Assembly: GCA_017654855.1 (NCBI GenBank) | Contig: CM030335.1 | Coordinates: 1,550,001-1,614,000, forward strand | DNA length: 64,000 nt | Reading direction: 5' to 3' | Origin: Podospora anserina | Taxonomy: Eukaryota | Shown: in pieces, positions 61,476 to 64,000 of the stretch | Position numbering within the stretch: position 1 is the stretch's first letter | Layout of the letters: each line of letters begins with the position of its first letter | Notes under the pieces: generated by a model | Database searches by the model: none | What the model was told of the DNA's origin: nothing | What the model saw: the letters and a program-made list of their open reading frames with translations, nothing else | Translations under genes and position numbers: made by a program

Positions 61476-63011
61476 TCATGGAGAGCGAGCCATGTTGCCC
61501 TCCGACATGTTCTTGTCCATCATATGGCCCATGGACACATAGCGCGACAGCCAGCTGACTTCACGAGCCTTGTGGCCATTGCAACCCTTACATCCTTTGC
61601 GAGCCTGCTCAAGACCGATCATGCCGGCGCTGACACCGTTCTTCTGACCAGCGGTGGCAGCAAGGCCAGTCCAGCTCAAACGCTTGCTACCCTTCTTGGT
61701 CTGAGAGGCGGCATAGTAGTTGGACATGGCAGCAATCTCCCGTTTCTCGGCGCAGTCGCGATCGATCATCATGTTGCTGTCCATGCAGCTAGGAGTGCCC
61801 GAGGAAGCACCCATCGACATTTGGGCAGAGAACATCATCATCATGTAGTCCTCCATCATCAGGCCGGAGCACATCATCTGCATGTTCATGGCGTCTTGGC
61901 TCATCTTGCCCATAGACATAGCCTTCTTGTTGTCCATGATGAAGACGCCACCGCAGAAACGACCGCTCATGTTTTGGCGCACGCTCTCAAGAACACCCAT
62001 TTGAGCGAAAGGATCAGTCGTCATGGCGAAGTGCTCCATGTGAACTCCCTTGCGGTCATTCATCATCATGTCCATTGACTGGTGGTGGGCAGGCTCGCTA
62101 TCCATGGTGGATTCACCACGGGGCATCATGAACTCGCAGGCAGCGGCACCGAAGGAGTAGATCTCGAGCTTGCACATCTTCTCAGCGGGCAGGTCGGAGC
62201 AGAGCTGAGCCATGGCCTGGGAGACGAGGACGGCACTATCGTTGTGGCAAAGGACGACGCAGCGGTGCATAGAGTCGTCGAGGAGAGCAGTGCGCATCTG
62301 GGCGTAGAGGTTTCTGCGGACTTGGCTGGGCATCACCATGCAACGCTGGAGCATCATGCACATCATGTCGAAAGGCATACCCCAGGTGGGCATGCAGATG
62401 CACATCATGGGACGGTTAAACATGCGAGAGAGCATAGGAAGGGCTTGCTGATGGCAGTGGCGAGAGCTTGTGTCGGTTAGTTGTGGTCTCTAAACACACC
62501 AGGCAAAGAATGAGAGGACAAACCTCATACCCATCCCGCCCATGAACATCCACTTCTCATTGTCCATCTCCGGGCCCATCATCCAACCCTCAGACTCCAT
62601 GGGGCACATGTGCATCTGCTCTCTGCCGTTGAGCATCCAGCACATGCCCATGACCATCAAGGCACAGGTGCACATCCACATGGCGAACATGGCACCAGGC
62701 ATCATCATCCAGAGCGGGACAGCCATAACCATCATGCACATCTCCATGCACGTGAGCATGGTGTGTATCATCATGTCTCCCATGTCGGCCCAGGACATAT
62801 GCTTGCGCTGGGTGAGCATGGCCCAGCACATGTTGGGCATCATTCGCATCATCTGCATTATTTCCTGCCACATCATTGACCACATTGGCTGCTGAGATCG
62901 AGGGGTGGTACCGCAGGCGCCATCGCAAAGTGGTGGGATGTAGGTGACGGGGGTAGCCATCATCGACTTCATGGCGGCGGGCTTCATGTTCTTGTTGGCC
63001 ATCATGGGCAT
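61476..63011 (-). CDS. Extremely Met/Cys-rich protein with degenerate alpha/beta-hydrolase-like domain
   Basis: ATG 63011; intron 62523-62467 (GTTTGT..ACTAAC..AAG) gives about 492 aa. Motifs YIPPL, NEKWMF, FNRP, VVLCHNDSA, KLEIYSFGAAA, EHFA..DPFAQMGVL, VSWLSRY. C-ending codons dominate. Confidence 0.88.
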
Positions 63012-64000
63012 GATGTTGGGGTATGAACCCGTTGTTGGTGAAACCGCAAGAGATTCAGGTGGCGAGAATTGGCGCATGACCTTAAGGGCGAGTAAAACGA
63101 ATGTGGTGTAAGGAGCGTGGTGGTGAGGCAACGAACATGATGGCGCAATCTGTGATGATCGACTCGTTATAACTTTGAGGCAACGCGTCTTGGTGATTTG
63201 TGCCACTTGTTTTTTCCTCCATTCCAAACAGTGAATTCCCTGAGCCGTGCAGCCGTCGCAAGAGAGACGGACTGATACCGACCACCTGGCATTCCAGGGT
63301 AGCCAGCATCTGGCGGGCAAGCAACGTTAGCAAAAATGTAGGCAATTTCCAGTCTGCTTGTTCCAAGTTCCTAGCGTGTTGACTTATCAGCAGTCGCGTA
63401 CCTTTCCTGAGAAAGACGAGGCGCGTCTGGACCCGACAGAGCAGACCAAGCCAAGTAAGGGAGAGAATGCGGGGGTAAAATTGTTCAATAGGTCAAGATA
63501 AGTAAAATATGAGCCAACTTTATCTGCTCTTGGAACAATGACAGACATTCCGTTGTGCAGAGCTGACATCCTTTTTGATCACAGTAACTGTGGTCAGACC
63601 CCCACGTCGACCACACTGTCAAAGAAGTTGCATGTTTCCAAAGTCGGTCGTCCCAGAGCCGTTCCTTCCTCTACTTCACAGTCGACACGTCTCCCTTCTT
63701 GCCCAAAGTGACACACACGGGACTTGACAACTTCCGAGCCGGAGACACTGACCCAGAGTCTCCACCGACCTCTGGAGGGGTTTCTTCTGTAAGTCTCCCA
63801 CCCCTAGGGACATCATCCCGCCCTCCCCCTCACGGCGCCTGAACTCATCAAGACGAGTCTTTCAGGCCCGTGCTCGCTCGTCACAGAGAAGTAGGTGATA
63901 GCTTCAACCATTACCGGAAACCGTTCTTGGATGTCACCAGCTAATTACTGAAGTTTGTGAACACCGCGGGGATTTTCTCCCCTTCTGCGCGATCCCATCG

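Noticed and set aside
61524-62895. His-rich plus-strand ORFs (61524-62078, 62082-62480, 62542-62895, 62610-62879)
   Set aside because: Antisense shadows of the Met-rich gene: ATG reads as CAT.
1-64000. Transposons, Starship element, CRISPR array, rRNA
   Set aside because: No transposase, reverse transcriptase, tyrosine recombinase, terminal repeats, regularly spaced repeats or long AT-rich RIP tracts were recognised.

Overview
Intron-containing DNA from a filamentous ascomycete. Gene style and composition suggest Sordariales, possibly Podospora-like (inference). The window has five blocks. (1) 0.4-8.5 kb: a divergent pair of DUF3716-like Cys-cluster genes carrying in-frame stops, followed by degenerate sequence. 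(2) 9-26.5 kb: conserved genes (flavin amine oxidase, JmjC protein, CK2 beta, PDR-type ABC transporter, Vip1-like RRM protein, two hypotheticals, intron-containing tRNA-Arg(CCG), alpha/beta hydrolase). (3) 26.8-32.7 kb: orphan-like genes, including one with an in-frame TAG and a third, frameshifted DUF3716-like copy. (4) 32.7-57.9 kb: an 8-gene HR-PKS cluster (O-methyltransferase, KS-AT-DH-MT-ER-KR-ACP PKS, SnoaL-like protein, BBE-like FAD oxidase, P450, Zn2Cys6 TF, MFS, SDR). Each of the seven non-TF genes has a perfect CCGA-N6-TCGG element about 200-290 bp upstream. (5) 58-63 kb: two tandem single-pass membrane paralogs and a protein of about 492 aa that is about 20% methionine. Best leads: the cluster with its promoter motif, the Met-rich pseudo-hydrolase, and three genes with a single in-frame TAG (one at a position that is Trp in the adjacent paralog), which may need A-to-I editing. 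All calls come from reading the sequence by eye; no searches were run.
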